NCBI GenBank assembly: GCA_963797555.1
Contig: CAWCPV010000014.1
Location: 1-64,000, forward strand
Source: an uncultured Gammaproteobacteria bacterium
GTDB lineage: Bacteria > Pseudomonadota > Gammaproteobacteria > CAWCPV01
Length of the DNA stretch: 64,000 nt
Direction: 5' to 3'
Of this stretch, positions 30,301 through 41,591 are shown piece after piece. Position 1 is the stretch's first letter. Every line of letters starts with the position of its first letter. Position numbers and translations under genes: made by a program. Under the pieces are notes generated by a model. It saw only the letters and a list, made by a program, of their open reading frames with translations, was not told where the DNA came from and did no database searches.

Positions 30301-32168
30301 TCAGCGGATCCACAGGAAATACCCCATCATCAGGACCGCACCCAGCACCATGAGGCTCGCATAGCGGGCGGCGTTGCCGTTCTGGGTAATGCTCAGCAGG
30401 CGGTTGCCCGCGCGCGCGATCCAGACCAGCGAGCCGACCATGGCGCCGTTCAGCGACCAGGACTCGACCACTGCCTGCAGCAGCCGTGCGAAGGCGAAGT
30501 AGGGCTTGACGACGAGCACGTCATAGAGGATGTCCAGGTACCAGCCCTGGGCCAGCACTCCGACCGCGCTGGTTCCGCGTCCCGAGCGTTCGCTGCGCAC
30601 GATGGCGAGCGCGAGGGCGATGCCCACGAGCGGGGCGGCCATCCCCAGCAACTGCAGGAGCATCGCGGTGCCCCCATGGGGCATCTGCGGCGTGCCCAAC
30701 TGGGCGGCCAGCCAGGGAGTCACCAGACGGGGGAGGTGCCATCCCTCGGGGAACTGCACGAATCCCAGGGTCAGGCTCGCCACCGCCAGCAGGGTGAGGG
30801 GAAGGCGCATCGACCGCGGGCATCCGGTATTCGACGGTCGCGCCCTTTTTCGGGCCATGGAAGACCATGAAGTAAAGGCGGAAGGCATACGCGCCGGTCA
30901 GCACCGCCCCCAGGATGGCGAGACCCCACAACAGCCCGCCGTGGGGCGCGGTCCATGCCGATTCGATGATCGGGTCCTTGCTGTAGAAACCCGAAGAAAT
31001 GAACGGCACCGCCGCCAGCGCTAGGGAGCCCGCCAGGAACACGAGGCGCAGGTAAGGTTGCTGGCGGGCCAGGCCCCCCATGTTGCGGATGTCGTGGTCT
31101 CCCTGGTACGCGTTGATGACCACGCCGGCGGACATGAACAGCAGAGCCTTGAAGCAGGCGTGGGTCCCGAGATGGAACAGGGCCAGGCTGTATGCCCCCA
31201 CGCCCAGACCCAGGAACATGTAGCCGATCTGGCTGATGGTGGAAAAGGCGATGACGCGCTTGATGTCGTGCTGGCCCAGGGCCGCGAGGCCGGCATACAC
31301 GAGCGTGATGGCCCCCACCAGGCCCACCAGCCACAAGAACGTCCGGCGCCAGCTCGAACAAAGGGTGCAGCCGCGCGATGAGATACACGCCGGCGGTCAC
31401 CATCGTGGCCGCGTGGATCAGGGCGGAGACCGTGCTGGGTCCGGCCATCGCGTCGGGGAGCCACACCGAGAGCGGCAGTTGCGCCGACTTGCCGGCGGCA
31501 CCGATAAGGGTCAGCAGCGCCACCCAGGTCAACAGGCCGGGGGCTGCGCCCGGGCCGTGAGCGGCCGTGAACAGCGCGTCGAAGTCCAGCGTGTGGTAGT
31601 GGGCGAACAGCAGGAATATGGCCAAGGCCAGTGCCGAGTCGCCGATGCGGGTCACCACGAAGGCCTTGCGCCCGCACCATGCCTTGTGGGCATCCCGGTA
31701 CCAATGGGAGATGAGGGCGTAGGAGCACAGGCCCATCAGCTCCCAGCCAAGGTACAGGAGCAGCAGGTTGTCCGCCATCACGAAGAGGAGCATTCCGGCG
31801 ACGAACAGGTTGAGGTACACGTAGTAGCGCCGCTCCCCATAGTCGTCCGCCATGAAATGCACGGAGAACAGGTGGATCAGGAAACCTACCCAGCCGGCGA
31901 CGCTGACCATGACCAGGCTCACCTTGTCCACCCGGAGGCCGACCGTGGCCCGCCAGTCGCCCACCGACATCCAGGTGTAGAGGGTCTGATGGAAGGTGTG
32001 TGTGGCCCCTCCGGTCAGCCAGAGGGCGCCCACCGCCAACGCGCACACCAGCATCGCCGAGACGGCGAGGCGGGCGGCGGTAGCGGGCCGCAGGTAACCT
32101 CCGAACACGGCCAGCAGGGCGGCTCCGGCCAGCGGGCTGCCGGGTATCAGCCACAGCCAGTGGTTCAT
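30301..32168 (-). CDS. nuoL: NADH-quinone oxidoreductase subunit L; frameshifts near 31335 and 30820
   Basis: GWELMGLCSY, GKSAQLPLSVWLPDAMAGPSTVSALIHAATMVTAGVY, DIKRVIAFSTISQIGYMF, spread over three frames. Confidence 0.9.
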
Positions 32169-32494
32169 GTCGGTGCTTCCTCCGGCAACGGCAGCTCGTC
32201 GCGCAGGCTGTGGATGTCTTCGAGCTGGGTCACCTTCAGCCGCCGGAACGCGAGGTAGACGAGCACCAGGGCCACCGCCAGCTCGGCCCCGGTGATGGTC
32301 ATGAGAAAGAGCACCAGGATCTGACCAACGGCGTCTTGCCAGTACTGTCCGGCCGCCGCGGCAGTCAGGCCCGCCCCGTTGAACATCACCTCGATACCCA
32401 TCAGCACGAACAACAGCTCGCGCCGCAGCAGGACCATCGAAAGCCCGATCAGAAACAGCAGCGCGCCGGTCATCAGGGTCGGGGCGTAGACCAT
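32165..32494 (-). CDS. nuoK: NADH-quinone oxidoreductase subunit K
   Basis: LFLIGLSMVLLRRELLFVLMGIEVMFN..GAELAVAL. Operon position. Confidence 0.88.
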   Translation of the reverse strand: MVYAPTLMTGALLFLIGLSMVLLRRELLFVLMGIEVMFNGAGLTAAAAGQYWQDAVGQILVLFLMTITGAELAVALVLVYLAFRRLKVTQLEDIHSLRDELPLPEEAPT

Positions 32495-32994
32495 CAGGAG
32501 TCCTCCACTTTGCGGCTGAGGTACAGCACGGCCGTCAGCGCCCCGAGAAGCAGCAGCGCCGTCGCCTCCACCATCAGCAGGTAGTGTCCGAACAATTTCT
32601 CGGCCACGATGTCGGGACCGATGGAGACGATTCCCGGGAGTGCGGTACGGCCCTGCGCGGCGAACAGGGTCACGCCCTCGGCGAAAAGCACCATGAGCAG
32701 CAACAGCGGCCACCATAGGCGGCGGCGCATGCGGGGCACGTAGGCCTTCGGGACCGGCCTGTGGAGCATGGTCATCATGAACACCAGCAGTACCGCGATG
32801 GCCCCGACGTATAGGCTGACCTGCAGGGCGGAGACGAAGGGCGCCCCCAGCAGGTAATAGAGCACCGCGATGGCCACCATCGACGTGACCAGATACAGCG
32901 CTCCGTAAATGGCCTGGCGCGCGAACAGGGCCGCCAGCGCCGACACCAGCATGACCGACGAGGTCAGATAGAACATGACGTTCCAGAGCATCAT
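32494..32994 (-). CDS. nuoJ: NADH-quinone oxidoreductase subunit J
   Basis: LGAPFVSALQVSLYVGAIAVLLVFMMTML. Operon position. Confidence 0.88.
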   Translation of the reverse strand: MMLWNVMFYLTSSVMLVSALAALFARQAIYGALYLVTSMVAIAVLYYLLGAPFVSALQVSLYVGAIAVLLVFMMTMLHRPVPKAYVPRMRRRLWWPLLLLMVLFAEGVTLFAAQGRTALPGIVSIGPDIVAEKLFGHYLLMVEATALLLLGALTAVLYLSRKVEDS

Positions 32995-33194
32995 GGGATC
33001 GCCTTAAGGTTTTCTTGGATTCAGTGCGTTGTCCACTTGGTTCTCACGGTCCGCTTCAGCCGACCGCCGGTCCGAGCGAGACAGACCGATGAGCAGAGCC
33101 GAGGGTGAGCAACGCCGCAGACCGCAAGAAACCGCAGGCGTAGACGGGACGGCTGGAAGCACGAGTTCAGTGGGTATTGTCTTGTCTTGCAGTT

Positions 33195-33535
33195 CCCGTA
33201 GGAGTCGCCGAGCATCGCAGCGCGGGGCGGAGAAAGCCCGAAGGGGGTCGGCCAGGAGGGCCGGCATGCGACCGCCGGGGCAGGAAGCCCCGTCGGGCGC
33301 ACCCGCCCCGCGCGAGAAGCGCAGGGTGAGCCGGACAAGGCCAGGGTCCGGTGGACCCTGGCCCCGGCGAACGGGCGGCCCACGGAAGGGCCGCCCCGGC
33401 TTTCGAGCGCAGCAGGACGGCGCAGCGAAGAAAGCCCGCAGGGGCGACTCCTCCGGGCAGCCTTTCTTTTGGGTACTTTTCTTTGGCTGCACAAAGATAA
33501 AGTACCCCGCCCGCGGGGGCGGGACCCCGCACTCA
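33195..33535. repeat. Structured REP/MITE-like element in the nuoI-nuoJ intergenic region
   Basis: Several GC hairpins (GGCCAGGGTCC-GGT-GGACCCTGGCC; GGGCGGCCC..GGGCCGCCC) and a terminal TTTCTTTTGGGTACTTTTCTTTGGCTGCACAAAGATAAAGTACC palindrome. Single copy in this window. Confidence 0.55.
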
Positions 33536-33587
33536 AGCAACCGTGGCGCAGCCACACCTTCGATCATGACAAGCAGACTACTCACCA

Positions 33588-34124
33588 CTAGGGCAGGTTG
33601 GAGTAGGGGTCTAGCGGCGGCGCCTCGTGCTCCGCTTGACCAATCGCTTTGCCCTTGATGGGCACCCCGGAGTGCCGGTAGAAGTTGTAGTACGGATGTT
33701 TGCCAGTGCCGTCGATCAGCAGGTCCTCTTTCTCGTACACCAGCTTTTCACGCCGGTAGACACACATCTCGAAGTCCGGCGTGAGCTGGATGGCGAGCGT
33801 CGGACAGGCTTCCTCGCACATCCCGCAGAATATGCAGCGCGCGAAGTCGATGCGAAACGTCGCGGGGTAGCGCCGCTCGTCCTCGGCGGCCTCTGTCCCC
33901 TGGATGGTGATGCAGTCCACCGGGCACACGGCGGAGCACAGGTAACACGCCACGCACCGCTCCTGGCCGTCCGGGTCGCGGGTGAGCACGATGCGGCCCT
34001 TGTAGCGTGGCGGAAGATTCGGCTTAACGTCCGGGTATTGCACGGTGGGACGCGTCGCCGCCACGTGCTTGATGGTCGCCGCTAGCGAGCCCGCCAATGC
34101 CCACACGGTCTTTGCCACGTTCAT
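33588..34124 (-). CDS. nuoI: NADH-quinone oxidoreductase subunit I
   Basis: [14 protein letters not shown] and [13 protein letters not shown] (two 4Fe-4S motifs). Confidence 0.93.
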   Translation of the reverse strand: MNVAKTVWALAGSLAATIKHVAATRPTVQYPDVKPNLPPRYKGRIVLTRDPDGQERCVACYLCSAVCPVDCITIQGTEAAEDERRYPATFRIDFARCIFCGMCEEACPTLAIQLTPDFEMCVYRREKLVYEKEDLLIDGTGKHPYYNFYRHSGVPIKGKAIGQAEHEAPPLDPYSNLP

Positions 34125-34272
34125 CGGTTTGCCTGCCTCTCGGAAAGCCCGCGGCTCGACCGCGGGCAGCCGCCACTCGGGCACCGAATCTTTCCCCCGC
34201 GGATGCCGCCGCGCTCTCGGCAACATCGGCCCGCCCTCGAGTGCCGGTCTTTACCGGACAAAGGACGCCCGC

Positions 34273-35256
34273 TCACATCCACAGCATTCCCACCAGAGCC
34301 GTCACCATGATATTGACCAGCGCCAGGGGCAGCAGGAATTTCCAGCCGAAGGACATGAGCTGGTCATAGCGCAGCCTGGGGAGGCTGGTCCGCAGCCAGT
34401 AGAATATCAGCACCACCGCCCCGGTCTTCAGCATGAACCATGGCACCCCTGCCCAAGGCAGGAATGGCCCCCGCCAGCCGCCCAGGAACAAGGTGGTGGT
34501 GAGCGCGGCGATCAGCAGCACGCCCATGTATTCGCCGAGGAAAAACAGGGCGAAGCGCATCCCACCGTATTCCGTGTTGAAGCCGGCCGCCAGCTCGTTC
34601 TCGGCTTCCGGGAGGTCGAACGGCAGCCGATGGGTCTCCGCGACGCCGCAGACCAGGAATGTCAGGAAGCCTATCGGTTGCAGCAAGACGTAAGGGAGGT
34701 GCTGGGCCTCGACGATCCGGTCGAGCCTGAACGAGCCAGCCAGGATCACCACCCCCATCACCGACAGCGCCATCGACAGTTCGTAGCTGATGAGCTGGGC
34801 GATCGCCCGCACCGACCCTATGAGAGGGTACTTGCTGTTCGAGGACCAGCCGCCGAGGAACACCCCGTAAACGTTGATGGAGCCCATGGCGAGCACGAAC
34901 AGGACGGCCACATTCAGGTCCGCCGCCCAGTTGAGGCCGGGGCCGATGGGTACGACGACGAAGCTCACGAGCGCCGAGGTCGCCACCAGGACCGGTGCAA
35001 GGACGTAAAACCGGCGTTCCGCGAACGGTGGGATGAAGGTTTCTTTGCTCAGCAGCTTGAGGGCATCGGCAATAGCCTGCAACAGGCCGAAAGGGCCGAC
35101 CCGGTTGGGGCCGTAACGGTCCTGCAGAAGGCCCAGGATTCGCCGCTCGGCGAAGACCAGCACGGCGGCCATGCCGACGAGGGCGAACACGGTCATCCCG
35201 ATCCCGACGACGACGGCCATCCAGTACACCACGGGACTCACGTGACCCGCTCCCAT
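34273..35256 (-). CDS. nuoH: NADH-quinone oxidoreductase subunit H
   Basis: ERRILGLLQDRYGPNRVGPFG, AQLISYE, AETHRLPFDLPEAENEL, PRLRYDQLMSFGWK. Confidence 0.93.
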   Translation of the reverse strand: MGAGHVSPVVYWMAVVVGIGMTVFALVGMAAVLVFAERRILGLLQDRYGPNRVGPFGLLQAIADALKLLSKETFIPPFAERRFYVLAPVLVATSALVSFVVVPIGPGLNWAADLNVAVLFVLAMGSINVYGVFLGGWSSNSKYPLIGSVRAIAQLISYELSMALSVMGVVILAGSFRLDRIVEAQHLPYVLLQPIGFLTFLVCGVAETHRLPFDLPEAENELAAGFNTEYGGMRFALFFLGEYMGVLLIAALTTTLFLGGWRGPFLPWAGVPWFMLKTGAVVLIFYWLRTSLPRLRYDQLMSFGWKFLLPLALVNIMVTALVGMLWM

Positions 35257-37529
35257 TCAACGTCCTCGCCCTGAGCCGTGCCCAGCACGGCCATCGCCGC
35301 CCGCGCCAGGCCCAGGGTGTCGTGCGCACACTGCGGATCGGCGACGAGCGGAAGGTTGATCTCTCCCATCGGTCCCCGAAGCCTCAGCGCCTCGCCGGCC
35401 ACCAGTCCGCTTTCTCTCGCCTGTTCGGGGGCCATGCGCACACTCGGCGGGGGGGCGAGCTCTTTCAGCTCCGCGGCGAATGCCGCCAGGGGGCCTTCGC
35501 CGTACCAGGTGGTCAACCCCGCCTGCCAGCGGCCGCCGGTGTGCTGGAGGGGCTTGACCTCGGACTCGGCGCTAGCCTGCAGGTGGGTGTATGCCGCAAG
35601 CTCCACCTGGATGCCGGTGCGCCCCGGTTGGGGCGGGCGGTTGAAGTATTTGTAGGCCAGGATCTCGGCGTTGCGGCGTACCCGGCCGAGCCCCATGATA
35701 CGCCCCAGCTCGCAGAGTGCAGTGTAGGCGTCGGGCAACGGGCGCTCCCGGGTGAACACCCGGGCGAAGCCTTGTGCCAGGCCGGCATAGTTGACGAAGG
35801 TGCCCGCGCGTTCGGCCCAGGCGGCCAGCGGTATGAATGCGTCGGCCTGTTGGGCCGTCGCGGTAGGCAGGCAATCCAGCACCAGCAGGAATCGGAGCCG
35901 GTTGCGCAGCGCCCGCCAGCGCCCGGAACCCAATTCGGACCCGAAGGGGTCCGAGCCCACCACGATCAAACGGTCGACCTGGCCGGTTTCCACCGAACGC
36001 AGCACCCGCTCGCTGTCTCCGGGGCGGGACAGCAACGCGGTCCCGAACGCGTTGGCGCCCGGTAGCGCGAATGCCAGCTTGGCCTCCGAAGACTTGGCCA
36101 TAGTCCTGAGGGTGCGGCAGCCAGGAGCACCCAGCGTCTCGGCGACTCCCACGACCACCGGGCGTTTTGCCTGGGCGAGGGTGTCGCAGATGGGCTTCAA
36201 TCCGGCGTCGGTCGGCGCCTGCGGGTCGTCGGCTCGTCTACACAGGGCGGCCAGCGCTTCCGGCAGCTCGCGCGGCGACAGCCGCAGCGTGTGCTGGGCG
36301 TGGGTGGCCAGCGGCGCCGGCACGCTGTGGACCACCATGACCGGGCAGCCGGCGCGCACGACCTGTCGCACCGCCAGGTCCATCATCGGGGCGTGTCCTG
36401 TGAGATCGCCCACCACCAGCACCGCGTCCGCGCGGGCGATATCTTCCAAGGTGGGGGCGTTGCCGCTGGCAGCGGCTGCCTCGGCGATGGACGCTTCCAG
36501 CAGGGGGCTGGCATGGGCACTGTACCACCCCCCCAAAGCGGCCATGAGGGAGCGCAGCGCCGCATTGCCTTCCATGTCCTCGCGTACGGAACCGAGGCCC
36601 GCGATGGCACCTTCGGCGTCGCTGAGACGTTCGGCGACCGCTTCCAGCACTTCCGCCACGTCCCCTCCGCGCGCGTCAATCCGGGCCGTCATCGGACGGT
36701 TGGGATGTTCGGTGTAGCGGTGGCCGTATCGTCCGCGGTCGCAGATGAACCAGTGGTTGACGCGCCGGTTGGGGCGGTGGGTAACCCGCCGCAGGGTTCC
36801 TGCGCGTGCCCCCGGAAGGGTGTTACAGCCGACGCTGCAATGGGGGCACACCGAGGGGGCGGTCTGCAGGTCCCAGACCCGGCTGAAGTGGCGGCGGAAC
36901 ACCTTGTCCGTGAACACCCCGGTGGGACAAACCTCCACCAGGTTGCCGGCGAAGGGACTCTCCAGAGGCCCCTCGTTCGCGCGCCCGAAGTACACCCGGT
37001 TGCGCGAGCCGAAGGCCCCCAGGTCGGCGCCCAGGGCATAATCCTGGTAAAAACGCACGCAGCGGTAGCAGGTGATGCAACGGTCCATGTCGTGCCATAT
37101 CAGCGGACCGAGGAACTGGTTGCGGAAGGTGCGCTTGGCGCCTTCGTAGCGCCGGTAAGGAGGGCCCACCGCCACGGTCATGTTCTGGAGGTGGCACTCG
37201 CCACCCTCATCACACACCGGGCAGTCATGGGGGTGATTGGTCATCACGAACTCGATCACCGCCTGGCGCGCGTCCAGGGCCTTGGGAGCCTCGAGCGCCA
37301 CGTGCATGCCTTCCCGGGCCTGCAGCATGCAGGCGGCCATGACGCGCGGCCGGTCGCCCTCGCGCGCCGGCTTCAGCTCCACCATGCACAGCCGGCAGGC
37401 ACCCACGCTGCCCAGTGCCGGGTGGTAGCAGAAATGCGGAATCTCGATGCCTGCCTCATGGGCCGCTTTGAGCACATTGTCGCCGTCGGTGAACGAGATC
37501 GGCCGATCGTCCACATAGAAGGTGCCCAT
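35238..37529 (-). CDS. nuoG: NADH-quinone oxidoreductase subunit G
   Basis: IPHFCYHPALGSVGACRLC, NHPHDCPVCDEGGECHLQ, RCITCYRCVR, and the N7 motif CPHCSVGC. Confidence 0.93.
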   Translation of the reverse strand: MGTFYVDDRPISFTDGDNVLKAAHEAGIEIPHFCYHPALGSVGACRLCMVELKPAREGDRPRVMAACMLQAREGMHVALEAPKALDARQAVIEFVMTNHPHDCPVCDEGGECHLQNMTVAVGPPYRRYEGAKRTFRNQFLGPLIWHDMDRCITCYRCVRFYQDYALGADLGAFGSRNRVYFGRANEGPLESPFAGNLVEVCPTGVFTDKVFRRHFSRVWDLQTAPSVCPHCSVGCNTLPGARAGTLRRVTHRPNRRVNHWFICDRGRYGHRYTEHPNRPMTARIDARGGDVAEVLEAVAERLSDAEGAIAGLGSVREDMEGNAALRSLMAALGGWYSAHASPLLEASIAEAAAASGNAPTLEDIARADAVLVVGDLTGHAPMMDLAVRQVVRAGCPVMVVHSVPAPLATHAQHTLRLSPRELPEALAALCRRADDPQAPTDAGLKPICDTLAQAKRPVVVGVAETLGAPGCRTLRTMAKSSEAKLAFALPGANAFGTALLSRPGDSERVLRSVETGQVDRLIVVGSDPFGSELGSGRWRALRNRLRFLLVLDCLPTATAQQADAFIPLAAWAERAGTFVNYAGLAQGFARVFTRERPLPDAYTALCELGRIMGLGRVRRNAEILAYKYFNRPPQPGRTGIQVELAAYTHLQASAESEVKPLQHTGGRWQAGLTTWYGEGPLAAFAAELKELAPPPSVRMAPEQARESGLVAGEALRLRGPMGEINLPLVADPQCAHDTLGLARAAMAVLGTAQGEDVEWERVT

Positions 37530-38801
37530 TCAGTGGCCCCCCCCGCGGTAGGGGCATGCGCCTCGGCGGATGTGGTCCTGAATCACGTCCCGGAACGCAT
37601 TGAGCCCGGACTCCATCGGCATGATGGCCCCAGGGGCGAACGGACAGAACGAGTTCGGGGCGATCTTGGCGCACAGATCGAGCAGCAGATCCAGGTCACC
37701 CGGCTTGCCTCGGCCGGCCTCGATGCGCTCCAGCAGACTGTGCGTGTAAGGCAGACCGTCGCGGCAAGGGGTGCAGAATCCGCAGGACTCGCGCACGAAG
37801 AACTTGTTGATCCCGATCATGAAGTCGAGCGGGCAGGTGCCGTCCTCCAGCACGATGATGCCGCAGGTGCCGAAGCGCGAGCCGACCTTGGCCACTGCAT
37901 CGAAGTCCATCGGGGTGTCCAGGTGCTCCGGGAACAGAAAGGAGGTGGAGGCGCCACCGGGCAGGAATGCCACCAGCTTGCGTCCGTCCAGCGGACCGCC
38001 GGCATGGTCGAAAATCAGCTCCCGCGCCGTCGTGCCCATGGGCAGCTCCCAGAAGCCGGGCTGCTTCACCTGCCCACAGACGCTGTACAGCTTGGTGCCA
38101 TGGCCGCCGTTGATACCCTGACCGTTGAACCAGTCCGGCCCGCGCGAGACGATGTGCGGCACGTGGCACAGGGTCTCGATGTTGTGCACCAGGGTGGGCG
38201 CTCCCCACAGGCCTTTCTCGAACGGCATCGGCGGCTTGGCGCGGGGGTTGCCCCGGCGGCCTTCCAGGGCGTTGATCAGGGCCGTCTCCTCCCCGCAGAT
38301 GTAGCGGCCGGCGGAAAGATGTACCTCGATATCCAGGTCGAAGCCCGAGCCCAGGATGTTGCGGCCCACGAGTCCTCCTTCCCGTGCCTGCGCAATGGCC
38401 TCTTCCAGGCGCCTGGCGCCCGCGGCGTACTCTCCGCGCACGAACACGTAGGCGTGGTCGGCCTGCTCGATGAAACCCGTCACCAGAACCGCCTCGATCA
38501 CCTGGTGGGGGTCGCGGTACAGGAGCTGGCGATCCTTGAACGAGCCGGGCTCCGTCTCGTCCACGTTCATCACCAGGTAGCGTGGATGAGGGGCATCCGG
38601 GCCGCGCGCCTTCCACTTGAGCGCGATGGGAAAGCCCGCCCCACCGTAGCCGCGCAGCTTGGTCTTCTCCACCATCTCGATCATGTCTTCGGGGCGCTGG
38701 CCCAGCGCCGCCTGAAGGCCCTGATAACCTCCGTTGGCACGGTATTGGGAGAGGTCCGGAGGGTCCGCCAGGTGGAAGTTACGGCTCAGCACCCGTTCCA
38801 C
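37530..38801 (-). CDS. nuoF: NADH-quinone oxidoreductase subunit F
   Basis: GYGGAGFP, DETEPGSFKDR, AGRYICGEETALINALEG, RESCGFCTPCRDG, SFCPFA. Confidence 0.93.
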   Translation of the reverse strand: MERVLSRNFHLADPPDLSQYRANGGYQGLQAALGQRPEDMIEMVEKTKLRGYGGAGFPIALKWKARGPDAPHPRYLVMNVDETEPGSFKDRQLLYRDPHQVIEAVLVTGFIEQADHAYVFVRGEYAAGARRLEEAIAQAREGGLVGRNILGSGFDLDIEVHLSAGRYICGEETALINALEGRRGNPRAKPPMPFEKGLWGAPTLVHNIETLCHVPHIVSRGPDWFNGQGINGGHGTKLYSVCGQVKQPGFWELPMGTTARELIFDHAGGPLDGRKLVAFLPGGASTSFLFPEHLDTPMDFDAVAKVGSRFGTCGIIVLEDGTCPLDFMIGINKFFVRESCGFCTPCRDGLPYTHSLLERIEAGRGKPGDLDLLLDLCAKIAPNSFCPFAPGAIMPMESGLNAFRDVIQDHIRRGACPYRGGGH

Positions 38802-38803
38802 GA

Positions 38804-39283
38804 TCAGCCCTCCGCGCCCGCCTTGAGTTCTGCGATCAGCCGACCCAAGGCGGCCTTGTCCAGGGGGCCGGTCTCGTGCTGGCCCACCAGGGCCGCCGGC
38901 GCACGCTCGCACAAACCCAGGCAGACGTGGGGCATGACCGTGACGGCGCCGTCGTCGCTGACCGAGCCGAGGGGTACCCCGGTCAGGCGTTCGGCCTCGG
39001 ACAGCAAGGTGGGTGCGCCCGCCAGATGGCAGGCGATGCTGTCGCAAATCCGGACAATGGTCTTGCCCGTAGGCCGGCGCAGCAGCAGAGAGTAAAAGGT
39101 CACCAGCTCGTCCAACTGAGTCACGGACAGGTCGCACAGGCGGCTGGCCTCCTCCAGGGCTTGGTCGTGGAGGTATCCGTACTTTTCCTGCAGGAACTGC
39201 AAGACATAGATGGCTCCCGCACGCTTTTGCGGATAGCGCCCGACGTGGTCCTGCAGATGCCTGCGTTCGCCTTCGGTCAACAT
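38804..39283 (-). CDS. nuoE: NADH-quinone oxidoreductase subunit E
   Basis: CDSIAC..CLGLC 2Fe-2S motif. Operon position. Confidence 0.92.
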   Translation of the reverse strand: MLTEGERRHLQDHVGRYPQKRAGAIYVLQFLQEKYGYLHDQALEEASRLCDLSVTQLDELVTFYSLLLRRPTGKTIVRICDSIACHLAGAPTLLSEAERLTGVPLGSVSDDGAVTVMPHVCLGLCERAPAALVGQHETGPLDKAALGRLIAELKAGAEG

Positions 39284-39348
39284 GTCGTCTTGGTGTTTCG
39301 GGGCGGGCTCCAGGGTCCCACGGAATCAGGCGGGCATCGCTTGCGCAG

Positions 39349-41043
39349 TCATCTGTCCAGGTCGGCGAGCACGTAGTCCATAGAGCCGATCGTGGCGATC
39401 AGGTCCGACAGCAATCCGCCTTCGGCGAGCCAGGAGAATGCCTGCACGTGGGGGAAGGACGGAGTGCGAATACGCACCCGGTAGGGATGATGGGAGCCGT
39501 CCGAGATGACGTAATAACCCATCATGCCCTTGGGGGCCTCGGTGCGGTAGAAGCTCTCGCCTGGCGGGAAGTCCATGCCCCGCCCGGTGCCTATGAAGTG
39601 GTGAATGAGGGTCTCGATATCCTCGAGAGTGCGCTCCTTGCGTGCGAATGCGTAACGCGCCTGCTCGGAGAGCACGGGGCCGCCCGGCATGCGCGCGGCG
39701 GCCTGACGGATGATGCGCAAGGTCTGGCGGATCTCCTCGATGCGCAGCCGCGTGCGGGCCAACGCGTCGCCCTCCGTGGCGGTGGGGACCTCGAAGTCAT
39801 AGTCCTCGTAGCCGCAGTAAGGACGGGTCTTGCGCAGGTCCCAGGCGTAGCCGGTGCAGCGCAGGTTGGGGCCGGAGAAACCCCACTCGATGGCTTTCTC
39901 ACGGGTGTACTGGGCGTTGCCGCGGGTGCGGGCCTGAAAGATGGGGTTGTTGACCGTCAGCGCTTCGAATTCCGGCAGCGCCTTCTCCAGACTGTCCGCC
40001 ATCTTGTCCAGCGCCTCGCGCCAGCCCTCGGGCAGATCCAGGGATACGCCGCCGATGCGGAAGAACGAGGGGTGCATGCGTCCGCCGGTGATGAGCTGGA
40101 CCACGTCGAACAGCAGCTCGCGCTCCCGGAAGCAGTAGAAGGCCGGGGCCATCACCCCCAGGTCGTGGCCGTAGCTGCCCAGCCACACCAAGTGGGCGCT
40201 GATGCGGAACATCTCCGACAGCAGGACCCGCATCACCACCGCCCGCTCCGGTACCTCGATGCCGGCCAGGCGTTCTACCGCCATCACGTAAGGCAGCTCG
40301 TTGGCTACCCCGGCGAGGTAGTCGATGCGGTCGCAATAGGGGATGTAGTTGTGAAAGGTGTGCCGCTCGGCAATCTTCTCCGCGCCCCGGTGGTGGAAGC
40401 CGATGTCCGGTTCCAGCCCGACCACCGTCTCCCCCTGCAGGCGGGCGATCAGGCGCAGGATACCGTGGGTGCCGGGGTGGTTCGGCCCGATGTTCAGGAT
40501 GAGCTCGTCCTCGCGTTCCCCAGGCAGACGGGTATCCTCGACGCGGTAGGTCTCCATCAGTTGACGGTAACGTTCCGGCGGCAGGCGGTAAGGCGGATGC
40601 TCTGTGGCCCGGCCGGGATAGGACTTGCGCAGCGGATGGCCCTCCCAATAGACCGGCAGCAGAATCCGCCGAAGATTGGGGTGCCCGTCGAACTTCAGTC
40701 CGAAAAGATCCCACACCTCGCGCTCGTACCAATTGGCGCTCGGCCACAGCGGGGTAATGCTGGGCAGAGCGGTCGCATCGTCGTCGAGGTGGACCTTGAG
40801 CCGCAGGTCGCAATTTCCCGACAGCGAGGTGAGGTGATAGAACACCGTGCACCCTCCGCCGCGCCCGGACTCGTCGATGGCGGAGAGGTCATAGAGCATC
40901 TCGTAACGGGGCTGGGCGTGGTTCTTGAGGTGGGTCAGGACCGCGAGCAGATCATGGGGCGCAACGTGCCGCACCGGGACATCGGCCGGCCAGGACTGTT
41001 GCGGCGCCTGCGCGAGGGCGTCGATGGCGGCGGCCTCGTTCAT
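39349..41043 (-). CDS. nuoC: NADH-quinone oxidoreductase subunit C/D (fused)
   Basis: [18 protein letters not shown] is followed in frame by [23 protein letters not shown] and [12 protein letters not shown]. Confidence 0.93.
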   Translation of the reverse strand: MNEAAAIDALAQAPQQSWPADVPVRHVAPHDLLAVLTHLKNHAQPRYEMLYDLSAIDESGRGGGCTVFYHLTSLSGNCDLRLKVHLDDDATALPSITPLWPSANWYEREVWDLFGLKFDGHPNLRRILLPVYWEGHPLRKSYPGRATEHPPYRLPPERYRQLMETYRVEDTRLPGEREDELILNIGPNHPGTHGILRLIARLQGETVVGLEPDIGFHHRGAEKIAERHTFHNYIPYCDRIDYLAGVANELPYVMAVERLAGIEVPERAVVMRVLLSEMFRISAHLVWLGSYGHDLGVMAPAFYCFRERELLFDVVQLITGGRMHPSFFRIGGVSLDLPEGWREALDKMADSLEKALPEFEALTVNNPIFQARTRGNAQYTREKAIEWGFSGPNLRCTGYAWDLRKTRPYCGYEDYDFEVPTATEGDALARTRLRIEEIRQTLRIIRQAAARMPGGPVLSEQARYAFARKERTLEDIETLIHHFIGTGRGMDFPPGESFYRTEAPKGMMGYYVISDGSHHPYRVRIRTPSFPHVQAFSWLAEGGLLSDLIATIGSMDYVLADLDR

Positions 41044-41591
41044 TGCGGCGGCAGCCAGATGCCCAAGGGCTTGCGCTCGCTCGCGCGCAGCGGAATCGGG
41101 TTCTCTGCGATCTTCTGCTGCAAGAGCAGGATTCCCTGCATGAGCGCTTCCGGGCGCGGCGGGCAGCCGGGCACGTATACGTCCACCGGCAGGATCTGGT
41201 CCACACCCTGGACCACGCTGTAGACGTCGTACATGCCGCCGGAGTTGGAGCAAGAGCCCATGGAGATCACCCACTTGGGCTCCAGCATCTGACTGTAAAG
41301 GCGCACGATCATGGGCGCCATCTTCGCGAAGATAGTGCCCGCAGTGACCATCAGGTCGCTCTGACGCGGCGAGCCGCGCAACACCTCGGCCCCGAAGCGG
41401 GCGATATCGAAGCGCGGAGTCAGGGCGGTGACCATCTCCACGAAGCAGCAGGAGGTGCCGAAATTGTAGGGCCAGAGCGAAGACTTGCGGCCCCAGGCCA
41501 GGAGGTCCTCCAGCTTGGCGAACAGGGCGTTGAGCGGCCCGCCGGCCGCCGGCGGCTCGGCTTGGTAGTTCAGGGGATGCTCCACGCTCAC
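41040..41591 (-). CDS. nuoB: NADH-quinone oxidoreductase subunit B
   Basis: [43 protein letters not shown]. Confidence 0.93.
   Translation of the reverse strand: MSVEHPLNYQAEPPAAGGPLNALFAKLEDLLAWGRKSSLWPYNFGTSCCFVEMVTALTPRFDIARFGAEVLRGSPRQSDLMVTAGTIFAKMAPMIVRLYSQMLEPKWVISMGSCSNSGGMYDVYSVVQGVDQILPVDVYVPGCPPRPEALMQGILLLQQKIAENPIPLRASERKPLGIWLPPQ

Noticed and set aside
33004-33588. ORFs between nuoI and nuoJ
   Set aside because: They show no protein-like features and overlap a palindromic repeat-like element.
36291-41223. Long plus-strand ORFs (934 aa and 591 aa) and similar antisense ORFs elsewhere
   Set aside because: These are shadow ORFs opposite well-supported genes in high-GC DNA.
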